From the sequence record SRR2962707_5588: 32,625 nt of DNA; one strand, 5' to 3'. Positions within the stretch are counted from its first letter, which is position 1; each line of letters begins with the position of its first letter. The position numbers and the translations under genes are program-made. A model generated the notes under the pieces. That model searched no databases. It had not been told where the DNA came from and worked only from the letters and a program-made list of their open reading frames with translations. Shown in pieces: positions 1 to 8,900 of this stretch.

Positions 1-30
1 AGACCCCCGCCACTTGGGCGAGGGCTTTGG

Positions 31-684
31 CTATGCTGCAAGCTTCTCGGGGAGGCGCTGAAGTTGCTTGTAGAGTTCTGTCGTGCTGTCGACATGAAGC
101 CACGCCTTGAACAGGCCGCGCATCCGCTCGCTGGGGATGTAAAGATACACTGGTTCGCCATTTCTGATCGCGGTTCTCCAAAGGAGTTGGATCATTTCTG
201 AGATCGTAAAGAGGTCATCGTTCACTTCGATCCCCCTCTTTGTGAAGAAGTTGCGCAAGACAGGTAAGGAGAAACGGTTGGCGAGGTAGGCCATTGATCG
301 CTTGTGCGCAAAGGCGTTGGTCGCTTTGGTATTCAGCGGAACCCAACTTCCCGGACCGGAGTACGCGGCACCCTTTAGTTTGGTGCGGCGAGGCTTGAAG
401 GTTGTCCATGCGTTCTCTCGCGAACGGGTTTTGGCGTGGTTTTTGAAGAATGTGACTGTATTCGCTCTGAGCCGCTCAAGGGTTGCCGCATCTGCCCTCT
501 TGAACCAAGAAGACGCCAGAGGCTGCTCTTTGCGCTCCTGAGTGCCAATTTCATTCCCACGCCCTTCATACACATTGACCAATTCTCGGATACTGGCTTT
601 GATCGCTGCTTCGCTGTGATCCTGCCAAGATACCAGCCGATAGCCTATCAGATGGGTAGAAGGTTGCTGGGTTGTGGTGGTCAT
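31..684 (-). CDS. Hypothetical phage/MGE protein; resembles the C-terminal domain of an uncharacterised family often annotated as DEAD/DEAH-helicase-like
   Basis: Motif SEMIQLLWRTAIRNGEPVYLYIPSERMR; ATG at 684 with GAGG upstream; no Walker motifs in this ORF. Confidence 0.55.
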   Translation of the reverse strand: MTTTTQQPSTHLIGYRLVSWQDHSEAAIKASIRELVNVYEGRGNEIGTQERKEQPLASSWFKRADAATLERLRANTVTFFKNHAKTRSRENAWTTFKPRRTKLKGAAYSGPGSWVPLNTKATNAFAHKRSMAYLANRFSLPVLRNFFTKRGIEVNDDLFTISEMIQLLWRTAIRNGEPVYLYIPSERMRGLFKAWLHVDSTTELYKQLQRLPEKLAA

Positions 685-1064
685 GACGTCGCCTCGCTGT
701 CTCACACAAATCCAAGAGGTTACGCGCGATGTGTCTCAAAGCGTCAATGGGCATTCTTTTGGTACACTTTCGGTGTTCCCCTGAGACGCACCAATGGGCC
801 TTGCCCTGTGAGACACAAGCCAGCCCATACAGGGATAGGGATATCAATCGCTCTGGGTTCCCCCGGAGCCGATCAGCTGAGGCTAACGACTTGTGGTGCC
901 AAGGTTAACCCCCGGTGGGCTTGAAGTGAACTCGGAGATGCTCAGGGGGGGCACAGGGGGATAACAAGGTGGAAGGTATATGTATATGCCAGCTCAGAAA
1001 TGTGAGCCGAAACTTCGTTGGGTTGTTCAGCATTTGTCTTCGAAGGTCTGCTTTTTACAATTGT

Positions 1065-1586
1065 TCAGTGCAGTGAGTTACCCTTCGCGATCAAGAGATG
1101 GTGCCGTTGGTGATGCGCTCCAATTGTCATCAATCCAAAGAATCCCAAGCCGAGTATCTGGTTCAAATCTTTGTCTGACCCAACCAGAACCAGCATCGAT
1201 GCACCGCCTTCCATTTCCCTAGCGGTGACGGTCCAATCTGATATTCCCTGCAACGTCGTGCTGTGCGCCAACACCATGCGTCTGATAGACGCTACAACTA
1301 CATCATCGCCCGTGACTATGAACGTCACACCCGTCCCATCGACCGCCCGCTCAACCGATGCCCTCGTCGTCACGTTGTCCATATCCACGAGGTGATCACG
1401 CAGGGCTTTGATATCGACCTGCTCCCAATCCGTGTTTGGATCATCACGCAGCAATGTGACGATCTCGGCAATCGCTGCGAACTGTGACTGACCCGTTTCG
1501 CTTGGTGACCCCGACGTATGCGCATGTTGCGCCATGGCGTTGGATGCGACGAACATCATGGCTGCTGATAAAAGACCTAGTTTCAT
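1065..1586 (-). CDS. Exported His-rich hypothetical protein (possible metal binder)
   Basis: AGGAG RBS before ATG 1586; signal peptide MKLGLLSAAMMFVASNAMA; QHAH after the cleavage site; C-terminal AHHQRHH. Confidence 0.75.
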   Translation of the reverse strand: MKLGLLSAAMMFVASNAMAQHAHTSGSPSETGQSQFAAIAEIVTLLRDDPNTDWEQVDIKALRDHLVDMDNVTTRASVERAVDGTGVTFIVTGDDVVVASIRRMVLAHSTTLQGISDWTVTAREMEGGASMLVLVGSDKDLNQILGLGFFGLMTIGAHHQRHHLLIAKGNSLH

Positions 1587-1635
1587 TGAACACTCCTGTT
1601 TCTTAATCAACCTATCCAACTTCGCTCTGATCCTT

Positions 1636-1651
1636 TATGATTTGGATCATA
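1636..1651. promoter_or_regulatory. FNR/Crp-type palindromic box TATGAT-N4-ATCATA
   Basis: Perfect 6-bp arms with a 4-nt spacer, similar to TTGAT-N4-ATCAA; lies between the divergent genes and abuts the regulator start codon. Confidence 0.6.
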
Positions 1652-2217
1652 TGCTTCCTGATCCTTTTTCCCATCTGCCCACCGCTGCCTGTCGCACAAT
1701 TGACATGTACAAAGGGGACGTACTGTTTCGCCAAAACCAGACGACATCAGGGCTTTACCGTGTCGCTTCTGGATGCGTGACGCTGCAACGAACTGGGTTG
1801 GGTGGCGATACCTTGACCCTGCACAGGGCCGTGTCTGGTGGGCTTTTTGCGGAGGCATCAATCTTCTCAGCGACCTACCATTGCGATGCGATTTGCACCG
1901 AATCTGGGAGCGTCATGAAGATTGCAAAGGCAGATGTCGTTGCAACGATGCAATCCAATCAATCGTTCGCTGAAGGCTTCACAAAGTTGCTTGCTGTTCA
2001 GGTTCAGCAATACCGCGCACATATAGAGTTACTGGCGATCTCATCAGCCAAGGAACGCTTACTCGCAGCGGTTCAGGTTGGATACTTCGATGCCACGGTG
2101 ACCGAATTGGCAACCCGCATCAATCTCACCCATGAAGCCTGCTATCGCGCTTTGCGGGCATTGTGTGATGACGGTCGTATGGTTCGAACAGGACGTGGCC
2201 AGTACAGCCTGGCGTAA
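1651..2217 (+). CDS. Crp/Fnr family transcriptional regulator
   Basis: cNMP-binding-like domain (KGDVLFRQ...GGLFAEASIF) and C-terminal HTH (ELATRINLTHEACYRAL). Confidence 0.9.
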   Translation: MLPDPFSHLPTAACRTIDMYKGDVLFRQNQTTSGLYRVASGCVTLQRTGLGGDTLTLHRAVSGGLFAEASIFSATYHCDAICTESGSVMKIAKADVVATMQSNQSFAEGFTKLLAVQVQQYRAHIELLAISSAKERLLAAVQVGYFDATVTELATRINLTHEACYRALRALCDDGRMVRTGRGQYSLA

Positions 2218-2245
2218 TCATTCAGATCGATTGGCTCATAATCCG

Positions 2246-2653
2246 CTAAAGATGCACCGTTGGCGCATCGCTCATCAGGCTATCCAGCATAGGGCATGAA
2301 GAAGTCCCGTCATCACAACTCGTAGACAGGCTCTGCAAGGCCGCACGAAGCCGTTCAAGATTATCGATCTTGGCATTGATGGCGACAAGTTGCTCTTCGG
2401 CCATGGTTTTCACTTCCTTACAAGAGCGGCCTTGATCATCATTCAGAGAAAGCAATGTTTGTATGATCGACATCGGAAATCCCAGATCACGGCAACGCTT
2501 CACGAACCTTAGCTTTGCAATCTCGTCTGCGGTATAAAGACGTCGCCCGCCCGCCGACCGATCAGGTTTCGGAACAAAACCCTCACGTTCGTAATAGCGG
2601 ATCGTCTCTATATTGACGCCGCTTTGTTGCGAAGCTTTTCCGATGGCAAACAT
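2246..2653 (-). CDS. merR: MerR family regulator, three-Cys Hg(II)/divalent-metal type
   Basis: IGKASQQSGVNIETIRYYE HTH; Cys in RSCKEV plus C-terminal SCDDGTSSCP; divergent from merF. Confidence 0.8.
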   Translation of the reverse strand: MFAIGKASQQSGVNIETIRYYEREGFVPKPDRSAGGRRLYTADEIAKLRFVKRCRDLGFPMSIIQTLLSLNDDQGRSCKEVKTMAEEQLVAINAKIDNLERLRAALQSLSTSCDDGTSSCPMLDSLMSDAPTVHL

Positions 2654-2658
2654 TTCAC

Positions 2659-2689
2659 TTGCTCCTGTAGTAGCTACAGGAGTTATGAA
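2659..2689 (+). promoter_or_regulatory. MerR-type promoter/operator
   Basis: -35 TTGCTC, 19-bp spacer, -10-like TATGAA; perfect dyad CTCCTGTAG-TAG-CTACAGGAG (2662-2682). Confidence 0.85.
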
Positions 2690-2760
2690 TGTCGTACGGA
2701 CGTTTATGCAAATCAAACTTTAGCGAACAGCTTCGAGTCAGAGCATCAAAGGTTGGTAAC

Positions 2761-2967
2761 ATGAAAAACAAACTACTGGCATTTGGCACTGGTGGAACGC
2801 TACTGGCTGCGCTGTGTTGCTTCACGCCATTGTTGCCAATCGTACTGACTGCACTGGGCCTGACTGGACTGCTGGGTGTTTTGTACAACGACGCAGTTTT
2901 GCTGCCCATTCTGGCAGGGTTTCTGATTCTTTCGGGGTACGCGATATGGCAACGACGCAAGCAATAG
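2761..2967 (+). CDS. merF: Mercury transport protein MerF
   Basis: Two TM helices, LAALCCFTP motif, DAVLLP loop. Confidence 0.85.
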   Translation: MKNKLLAFGTGGTLLAALCCFTPLLPIVLTALGLTGLLGVLYNDAVLLPILAGFLILSGYAIWQRRKQ

Positions 2968-3170
2968 TTGTTCTTGAATCCACACTGTCCTGCCCAGACT
3001 GCGGGCATGTCGAAATTGAAACCATGCCGACAGATGCGTGTCAGTGGTTTTATGAGTGCAAGTCATGTCACACTGTACTCAAGCCACTGAGTGGAGATTG
3101 CTGCGTTTACTGTTCGTATGCGACGGTTCCTTGCCCGCCGATACAAGAAGGAAAGTCCTGCTGTGCATGA
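2946..3170 (+). CDS. GDCCVxC domain protein
   Basis: CPDCG...MPTDACQWFYECKSC...GDCCVYCSY...PCPPIQ signature; overlaps the end of merF. Confidence 0.9.
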   Translation: MATTQAIVVLESTLSCPDCGHVEIETMPTDACQWFYECKSCHTVLKPLSGDCCVYCSYATVPCPPIQEGKSCCA

Positions 3171-3188
3171 ATTGGGTTTGCTGAACTG

Positions 3189-3614
3189 TTAATGCGGCGG
3201 GTTTCGGCTGGCTTGGGCTTCTTGTTCCCGTTCAGACCAAGTTGACCTAATGTAGGCGAGGATATCCCATATCTCATCATCGATGAGTGTTTCGCCAAAT
3301 GCTGGCATACCGCTGTTGAATCCGGTTACACCCCTGACTTCCAATGCAGTAGCGCCACCGAACTTGGTGTACTCAAACAACAGCTCATCATCGTGATGCC
3401 AAGTGTGACCTGTCCCGTCATGTGGCGGGGCTGGAAGCACACCATCTGTGTTCGGGGATCGCCAGTTTGGTTGCCCCTCAAGGTTGGCACCGTGGCACGA
3501 TGCGCAGTTGTCTGCATACAGGCTTTGACCCGCAACGATGTCGCGATGTTCCCAGTTGTGATCAGCATCGGCTGTGGAGGCCAATGACAGCAGGATTGGG
3601 ATCATCCACCTCAT
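3189..3614 (-). CDS. c-type cytochrome (copper-cluster associated)
   Basis: Signal peptide; CASCH heme motif; [18 protein letters not shown] overlap with the oxidase stop. Confidence 0.9.
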   Translation of the reverse strand: MRWMIPILLSLASTADADHNWEHRDIVAGQSLYADNCASCHGANLEGQPNWRSPNTDGVLPAPPHDGTGHTWHHDDELLFEYTKFGGATALEVRGVTGFNSGMPAFGETLIDDEIWDILAYIRSTWSEREQEAQASRNPPH

Positions 3615-4909
3615 GCGACGTCCACCCATGTGCGCATTCCGCCAACAGCATGGCTGAGCATATGGCAGTGCAGCAGCCAGCGACCAGGGTTGTCAAATAC
3701 ACAGATGACATCGCGGCTTTCACCTGAGTTCACCAGTGTTGTGTCACGCAGGTCGCCCAAGGTTCCGTTGTCATCAACTTCATAGAAATGGTGTCCGTGC
3801 AGGTGGATGCCATGCGGGAACGAGGTATCGTTTGCGAACGTGATCCGCACCGTCTCGCCATTTGGGAATGATCCGAATGGGTCGCCTTGTAGGTCCGAGA
3901 TGTTGTTGAAGGCCCAGATATTGTCGCCGCCGTGGCGACCTCTCATTGCACCGCCCATCATCGTCAGGGTGAGATGTTGCGTGGGTTCCGCAGGTGTTGG
4001 TAGGTTTGGCGGTGACAGAGCCATAATCGGTCCAGCCTGCCTACCCGTATTGGTGCCACCCACAGCCAGATCAGCCAATCGATATGATCCTTGGCGGGTC
4101 AACATATCAAACCCAACGGGGCCAGTGATATCTACGATCAGGTCGGCCCGTTGTGCAGGTGCGAGAGTAAGTTCTGTCATAGGACGTGGCTCGGACAGCG
4201 CCATGCCATCCAAGGCCACAACCGACCCACTGACACCGCTGACCGCAACGGGAAAAATTCTGTTCGTTGCTGCATTGATCAGTCGAAACCTAACCCGATC
4301 ACCAGTCTTGACCTGATCTTGAGACAGGAATGCCCGAGCGAAGTTCCCCATGTAACCGCCATGGGCGACACTGTGCATGTCAGTGAACTCTTCGGACAGG
4401 CTACCATCTTCCTGCATCTGCCAATCCGACATCAGCACAATGATGTCATGATCCACATCTGGGGGTGTTTCATCCTCAACAATCAGTGGTCCCATCATGC
4501 CACGTGCGACTTGTTCATGAGAAATGTAATGCGAATGATACCAATAGGTGCCTTCGTCAGGTGGGACAAAGCTGTAGGTTTTGCTGTCCGCCGGTTCGAT
4601 CAACTCTTGGGTCAACATCGGCACCCCATCCATCTGGTTTTCCAACCTGATGCCATGCCAATGCACCGCCGTGCCTTCATCAAGCCCATTCTCGACATCA
4701 ATAGTGACCCGTTCCCCACGACGTACACGCAGTTCTGGCCCTGGCATCGAACCGTTGAAACCCAACATTGTCGTGGCATTATCTCCGTCAGGTAGGATTT
4801 GCTGCGTCACCGTTTCAGCCTTCAACCGTAACGTGCCTTGGGCTGCAAGTGTTGGCAAAGGTAGGACCGCTGTGGCTGAGACGGTGGCCAAGAAGTGTCG
4901 TCTGTTCAT
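3611..4909 (-). CDS. Tat-exported multicopper oxidase
   Basis: MNRRHFL Tat signal; [18 protein letters not shown] and HCHMLSH Cu-ligand motifs; GAGG RBS before ATG 4909 (alternative start 4921). Confidence 0.95.
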   Translation of the reverse strand: MNRRHFLATVSATAVLPLPTLAAQGTLRLKAETVTQQILPDGDNATTMLGFNGSMPGPELRVRRGERVTIDVENGLDEGTAVHWHGIRLENQMDGVPMLTQELIEPADSKTYSFVPPDEGTYWYHSHYISHEQVARGMMGPLIVEDETPPDVDHDIIVLMSDWQMQEDGSLSEEFTDMHSVAHGGYMGNFARAFLSQDQVKTGDRVRFRLINAATNRIFPVAVSGVSGSVVALDGMALSEPRPMTELTLAPAQRADLIVDITGPVGFDMLTRQGSYRLADLAVGGTNTGRQAGPIMALSPPNLPTPAEPTQHLTLTMMGGAMRGRHGGDNIWAFNNISDLQGDPFGSFPNGETVRITFANDTSFPHGIHLHGHHFYEVDDNGTLGDLRDTTLVNSGESRDVICVFDNPGRWLLHCHMLSHAVGGMRTWVDVA

Positions 4910-4917
4910 ATGGTGCC

Positions 4918-5766
4918 TCATGTTGGCAAAGTCAGATTTGTGGTTAGAACTGCGGTCGTTCCCAGCACGGCAAGGATGACCAGCCATTCGACAGATATGG
5001 ATTTGGAGAGATGGTCTGCCGCTGCTGGATCACCGCTGCGCAAAGCGGGAATGAATCGAAGTTTGTTGGCAGCAGCCAGCCCCAAAAGCAGACCAACCAG
5101 CAGCACCTTGACGATCAATGCCTGCCCGTATCCAGTTCCGACAAGAGCAGGAATCGACCCAACAAGTTGGTAACCCATGTAGCCACCTACGATGATCAGC
5201 ACTGGGACAGTGACAGTGGCAACTACACCAAATCGATGCCCCACATCCGCAGCCGCAGCATAGGTGTTGGAAGACGATGCTAAGCGTTTCAATGGCGTGA
5301 GAACACCGATCCACAGGGCAACCGCCAACAAGTGCAACAACAATGCAAGGTCGAGGAGCGTGATATCATGGCCAGAAACATGTCCGACGTGATCAAACGA
5401 CCAGATCGCAATGACACCACCAAACACCGAGACCCACATCCCAAGGCGACCCATAAACAGGCCCGCAATTAGTGAGCAAAGGCCCACCAAACGTAATAGC
5501 AAAGCAGTGCCTACAGGTGTGGTCCAAAGCAGGCCCAGCATCTTAGGATCGGTCATGCCGCTGACATCGCCAGTCAGATTTGCACCTCGCAATGAGAAGG
5601 CAAGAATTGTTGCACCCAGCCCCAGAACGGCGAATGCTGCAGCCAGACCACGTGTGCGAGCTAGCCGAAACATCAGCGTCGCCATAACGGTGCCAGTAGC
5701 AGTTATCACGCCAAGATAGAGTGCAAACTTGATGATGATTGCTGCCAGACCGAACGCATCAGGCAT
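4918..5766 (-). CDS. copD: Copper resistance protein CopD family
   Basis: Multi-TM protein with GH...LHLLAVALWIG and YGQALIVK...AAANKLRF motifs; follows copC. Confidence 0.85.
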   Translation of the reverse strand: MPDAFGLAAIIIKFALYLGVITATGTVMATLMFRLARTRGLAAAFAVLGLGATILAFSLRGANLTGDVSGMTDPKMLGLLWTTPVGTALLLRLVGLCSLIAGLFMGRLGMWVSVFGGVIAIWSFDHVGHVSGHDITLLDLALLLHLLAVALWIGVLTPLKRLASSSNTYAAAADVGHRFGVVATVTVPVLIIVGGYMGYQLVGSIPALVGTGYGQALIVKVLLVGLLLGLAAANKLRFIPALRSGDPAAADHLSKSISVEWLVILAVLGTTAVLTTNLTLPT

Positions 5767-5768
5767 CG

Positions 5769-6110
5769 TTATTCAACTGTGAAACTAAAGGTGCCGTTTA
5801 AGGCGTGGCCATCAACACCAAGCCCGCGCCATTCAACCACATAGGTTCCCGCACCCAAGTCGTGCATCGGCAACGCGAACTCCTGCGTGAAGGCCGTTTG
5901 TTCGCCAAGGTCCATGTCCATGTTTTGTTTGTCGGCATGTGTGATCGCGACGCGTGTTAAACGAATGTCACCTTTGAAGTCCATCAAGACTACAGTCGGC
6001 ATTTCCGTGACGGTGGTCTTATTCGCTGGGGTCGTTCCATCCAAAGGGGTATGTGCCATCGCACCAATTGCCAAAATCCCGATCATGCCTGCGAGTAGAA
6101 TAGTCTTCAT
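5769..6110 (-). CDS. copC: Copper resistance protein CopC family
   Basis: Signal peptide exposing an N-terminal His (AMA-HTPL); YVVEWRGLGVDGH...GTFSFTV. Confidence 0.9.
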   Translation of the reverse strand: MKTILLAGMIGILAIGAMAHTPLDGTTPANKTTVTEMPTVVLMDFKGDIRLTRVAITHADKQNMDMDLGEQTAFTQEFALPMHDLGAGTYVVEWRGLGVDGHALNGTFSFTVE

Positions 6111-6137
6111 TCTGGTTTCCAATTTTGTTGTTGGAGA

Positions 6138-6572
6138 TCAGTTGATCCCATTGGCACGTTGCAGTTCCCGAATGTAGGCGATGATCATCGTTACATCACC
6201 CCGTGTTACACCCTCAACAGGCGGCATATCACCAAACGGCCAATGATGTCCCCGAACACCCATAGCAGCAGCCCGTTGGAATGCTTCGTCCCCGTGGTGG
6301 CTGGGTTCATAGATGATGTGGACCAGTGGTGGTGCCACGCCATCTTGGCCCGCTGCATTTTGCCCGTGACAAGCCGCACATTTGTCTTCAAAGCCAAGTT
6401 TCCCGATCTGGGCATTCTGTGTCAGCGTTTCAGGCAGCACCACATTGGCCAAAACCCCTTCATCCATGCTTATTGCAGTGTCAGTCGTGGCGGTTTGTGG
6501 TGCTGCGGGCCACATCGCGTAGCCCACGCCACCCGCAACCAGAATGACGGCAATTGCGATAATCGCTTTCAT
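6138..6572 (-). CDS. c-type cytochrome
   Basis: N-terminal anchor; CAACH; YEPSHHGD...HHWPFGDMP (alternative GTG start at 6581). Confidence 0.9.
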   Translation of the reverse strand: MKAIIAIAVILVAGGVGYAMWPAAPQTATTDTAISMDEGVLANVVLPETLTQNAQIGKLGFEDKCAACHGQNAAGQDGVAPPLVHIIYEPSHHGDEAFQRAAAMGVRGHHWPFGDMPPVEGVTRGDVTMIIAYIRELQRANGIN

Positions 6573-6603
6573 TGAATGCACTGATCCTCACGTCTTTTGG
6601 ATA

Positions 6604-6634
6604 TCGCTAAGCCTTCCTGTAGGTGGAGGGTCAA
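6604..6634 (-). promoter_or_regulatory. CueR-box promoter of the copper operon
   Basis: Minus strand reads TTGACC, 19-bp spacer, TAGCGA; dyad ACCCTCC-N7-GGAAGGC matches CueR consensus ACCTTCC-N7-GGAAGGT. Confidence 0.85.
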
Positions 6635-6699
6635 ACGATTTATTATCACAGCTTCGAGAGCATCCAGCCTTCCATGACGACCAACATCAGACTTTCGTT

Positions 6700-6729
6700 A
6701 AGCCTCACAAACTCCAGTGGGGCTTTTTT
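6700..6729 (+). terminator. Rho-independent terminator-like hairpin
   Basis: AAGCCTCAC-8 nt-GTGGGGCTT followed by a T run. Confidence 0.5.
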
Positions 6730-7014
6730 GTCTCCGCCAACGCAAGCGCATTTGAGTTCACGTTTGTTTCTGTATCTTGGGAGAAGTTCGCAGCTCTACA
6801 TTTCTCAGAAGCCGACGTTCGATGCGGAACGGAAGGATGTAGGTTTGGACTCACAGCGGTCATCTGACTGTTCTGGCTGGGCAAAAGTCGGCCCCATCAG
6901 GCCCCGAGGTCGGTTGTGCGGACAAAGTTGCCTTTCGCTGACAAGCGAAGTATGCCGACATCACAAGTATCTAAAGCCGCTTAGAAAAGCAGCGCGTTCC
7001 GTGATTTTCCTGAT

Positions 7015-8649
7015 TCATGCCGCAGCCGCGCGGCACAGGCAACTTGAACGGATCGGGATATCAGCCCGCGCAATAGCCTGATCGAGCAGCAGCTTCACAT
7101 GCGGCAGTTCCACACTCTCGCCGCGCCTTACCAGACATTCATGCAAGCCGTGCAACGCCCAGACGTTACGGGGGTGCTGGCTCGGACGTGGTAGTTTGCC
7201 ATCCAAGCCCAGGTCTGCTCGATAGGCTGCTTCGGCCTCGTTATATTCGCCTGCCTCCATGAGCAGTGCGCCCAAGGCGTGACGCGTGGGCTGTGGCCAA
7301 GACCACGGTTCTTCGTATTCCAGATTGTCGTCCAACTCGACCGCCTTGCGAAGATGGTCCAGCCCTTCCTCGCGACGGCCTGCTTTGAAGGCGATTTCCC
7401 CTTTCATCATCTCTTCGGCCAGTGCAAGCACATCACGCGCCTTGTTGTTGAACAGCATCCGGCTTTCAGGGACCTTCGAATAGGCCGAGGTAAAATTCGC
7501 CATTGCTGCTTGGGCTTCTTCGTGTCGGCCGAGATTCGCAAGCGCCACCGCCTTGGCATAATAGATCAAGGCGTTGGTGGTCACATACAGTTCCTTGTCT
7601 TCGGGTTGAGCGAGAGCAACTATCTCGGACCACATACCGAAGCGGATATAGACGTGCGGTGCAGCGGCCACAAATGTTTCGAAGATATCGGGATAAGAGC
7701 GGACGACTTCGTCGGGAACTTCTTCACGCAGACGTGTGGCTGCATCGACCGCCGCGGCCTTCTGTCCTAGAAACATTGCGCCATAGAAGGCGAAATGCAG
7801 ATTGTGAATGCGATACAGCGCGTAGAAGTTTGCCGGACCCGCATAGGCTTTGAATTTTTCATCTACTTTGACGGCGGCAAGATTTCTGTAGAGGACGTTC
7901 TGGTATTCACCGCACAGCACATCGATGTGGGTTCCCATGTGCACCAGATGGCCCGCATCAGGCACCAGGTCCTTCAGGCGGTCGCCGTGGCGCAGGGCGC
8001 GTTCAGGATGCGGCGACATCTCCATCAGGTGGATATACATGTGCAGCAAGCCGGGATGGTCCCAAGCTCCGGGAGTTTGTTCGAAAGCGCGCTCAAGCAC
8101 GGCCATCGCTTCGGGTGTTGAGGCATCGGGGTTGGGAACGCCCCGATGAAAGTCCCAAAGCTGCCAAGGGGTTCGGTTCATCATCGCTTCAGTATAGGAA
8201 AAAGCGATATCCAGATCGTCGGAATTAGCCTCGTAAACGGGCTTCATTGCAGCTGCGAATCCGTCATTAAAAGGCTGGTAATCTTCAATTTCCGGGTCGG
8301 TAGGGTAGCGCGACGCGAGCGCTTGAATGAGGGCGCGTTCCACCGGCTTGGCGTTTTCGAGCGCGAGGCCCGCCTTAAGCGCTGTATGTGCGCGTTCCAA
8401 GGCCGGTGCTTTCTCCTCCGGCGTAAAAAACTCCCACGGCTTGTTGTAATTTGGACCGATGGCATAGGCAATCCCCCAGTGAGCCAAGGCGCAGACCGGA
8501 TCCGCCTCCAGCGCCTTTTCGAAACAGACAATGGCTTCTTCATGATTGTAAGCGAATAGCCAGACAAGGCCGCGATCAAACCACATTTGTGCGTCAGGAA
8601 CATCACTCGCTGGGCGACAATAGCTGCCTAAGTTGAAATAATCTGACAT
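7015..8649 (-). CDS. Tetratricopeptide-repeat protein with His motifs, function unknown
   Basis: GAGGGGG RBS before ATG 8649; TPR-like helices (WFDRGLVWLFAYNHEEAIVCFEKALEADP); HPGLLHMYIHLMEMS and DAGHLVHMGTHID; C-terminal SSCLCR. Confidence 0.85.
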   Translation of the reverse strand: MSDYFNLGSYCRPASDVPDAQMWFDRGLVWLFAYNHEEAIVCFEKALEADPVCALAHWGIAYAIGPNYNKPWEFFTPEEKAPALERAHTALKAGLALENAKPVERALIQALASRYPTDPEIEDYQPFNDGFAAAMKPVYEANSDDLDIAFSYTEAMMNRTPWQLWDFHRGVPNPDASTPEAMAVLERAFEQTPGAWDHPGLLHMYIHLMEMSPHPERALRHGDRLKDLVPDAGHLVHMGTHIDVLCGEYQNVLYRNLAAVKVDEKFKAYAGPANFYALYRIHNLHFAFYGAMFLGQKAAAVDAATRLREEVPDEVVRSYPDIFETFVAAAPHVYIRFGMWSEIVALAQPEDKELYVTTNALIYYAKAVALANLGRHEEAQAAMANFTSAYSKVPESRMLFNNKARDVLALAEEMMKGEIAFKAGRREEGLDHLRKAVELDDNLEYEEPWSWPQPTRHALGALLMEAGEYNEAEAAYRADLGLDGKLPRPSQHPRNVWALHGLHECLVRRGESVELPHVKLLLDQAIARADIPIRSSCLCRAAAA

Positions 8650-8900
8650 CGAAATACCCCCTCTATGCTTTGGCACCGATACCACAAAATCAAGACTCAG
8701 GATACTGCGGCTCGATTTTGCCGGGACGCTTTGCGGCTCCGTCGCCTTTGGGCTCTTTCCAACCATTCACTGCAGTTGGAAACGTCGCATGCTGCCGAAC
8801 GTCCGCTTCTTCAAAAGCGGAAACCAAGTCTCGCATGCGCAGCGAACGACCGCTTCCCGCCCAATACTGCGTATTGAGCTCCCTCAAGCGCACCCTCTTG

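Noticed and set aside
2946-3170. Selenoprotein recoding in the GDCCVxC protein
   Set aside because: All motif positions are Cys codons; the only TGA is the terminal stop.
6544-7081. ORFs 6544-6867 and 6623-7081
   Set aside because: They overlap the CueR promoter, a terminator hairpin and the junction repeats, and show no protein-family features.
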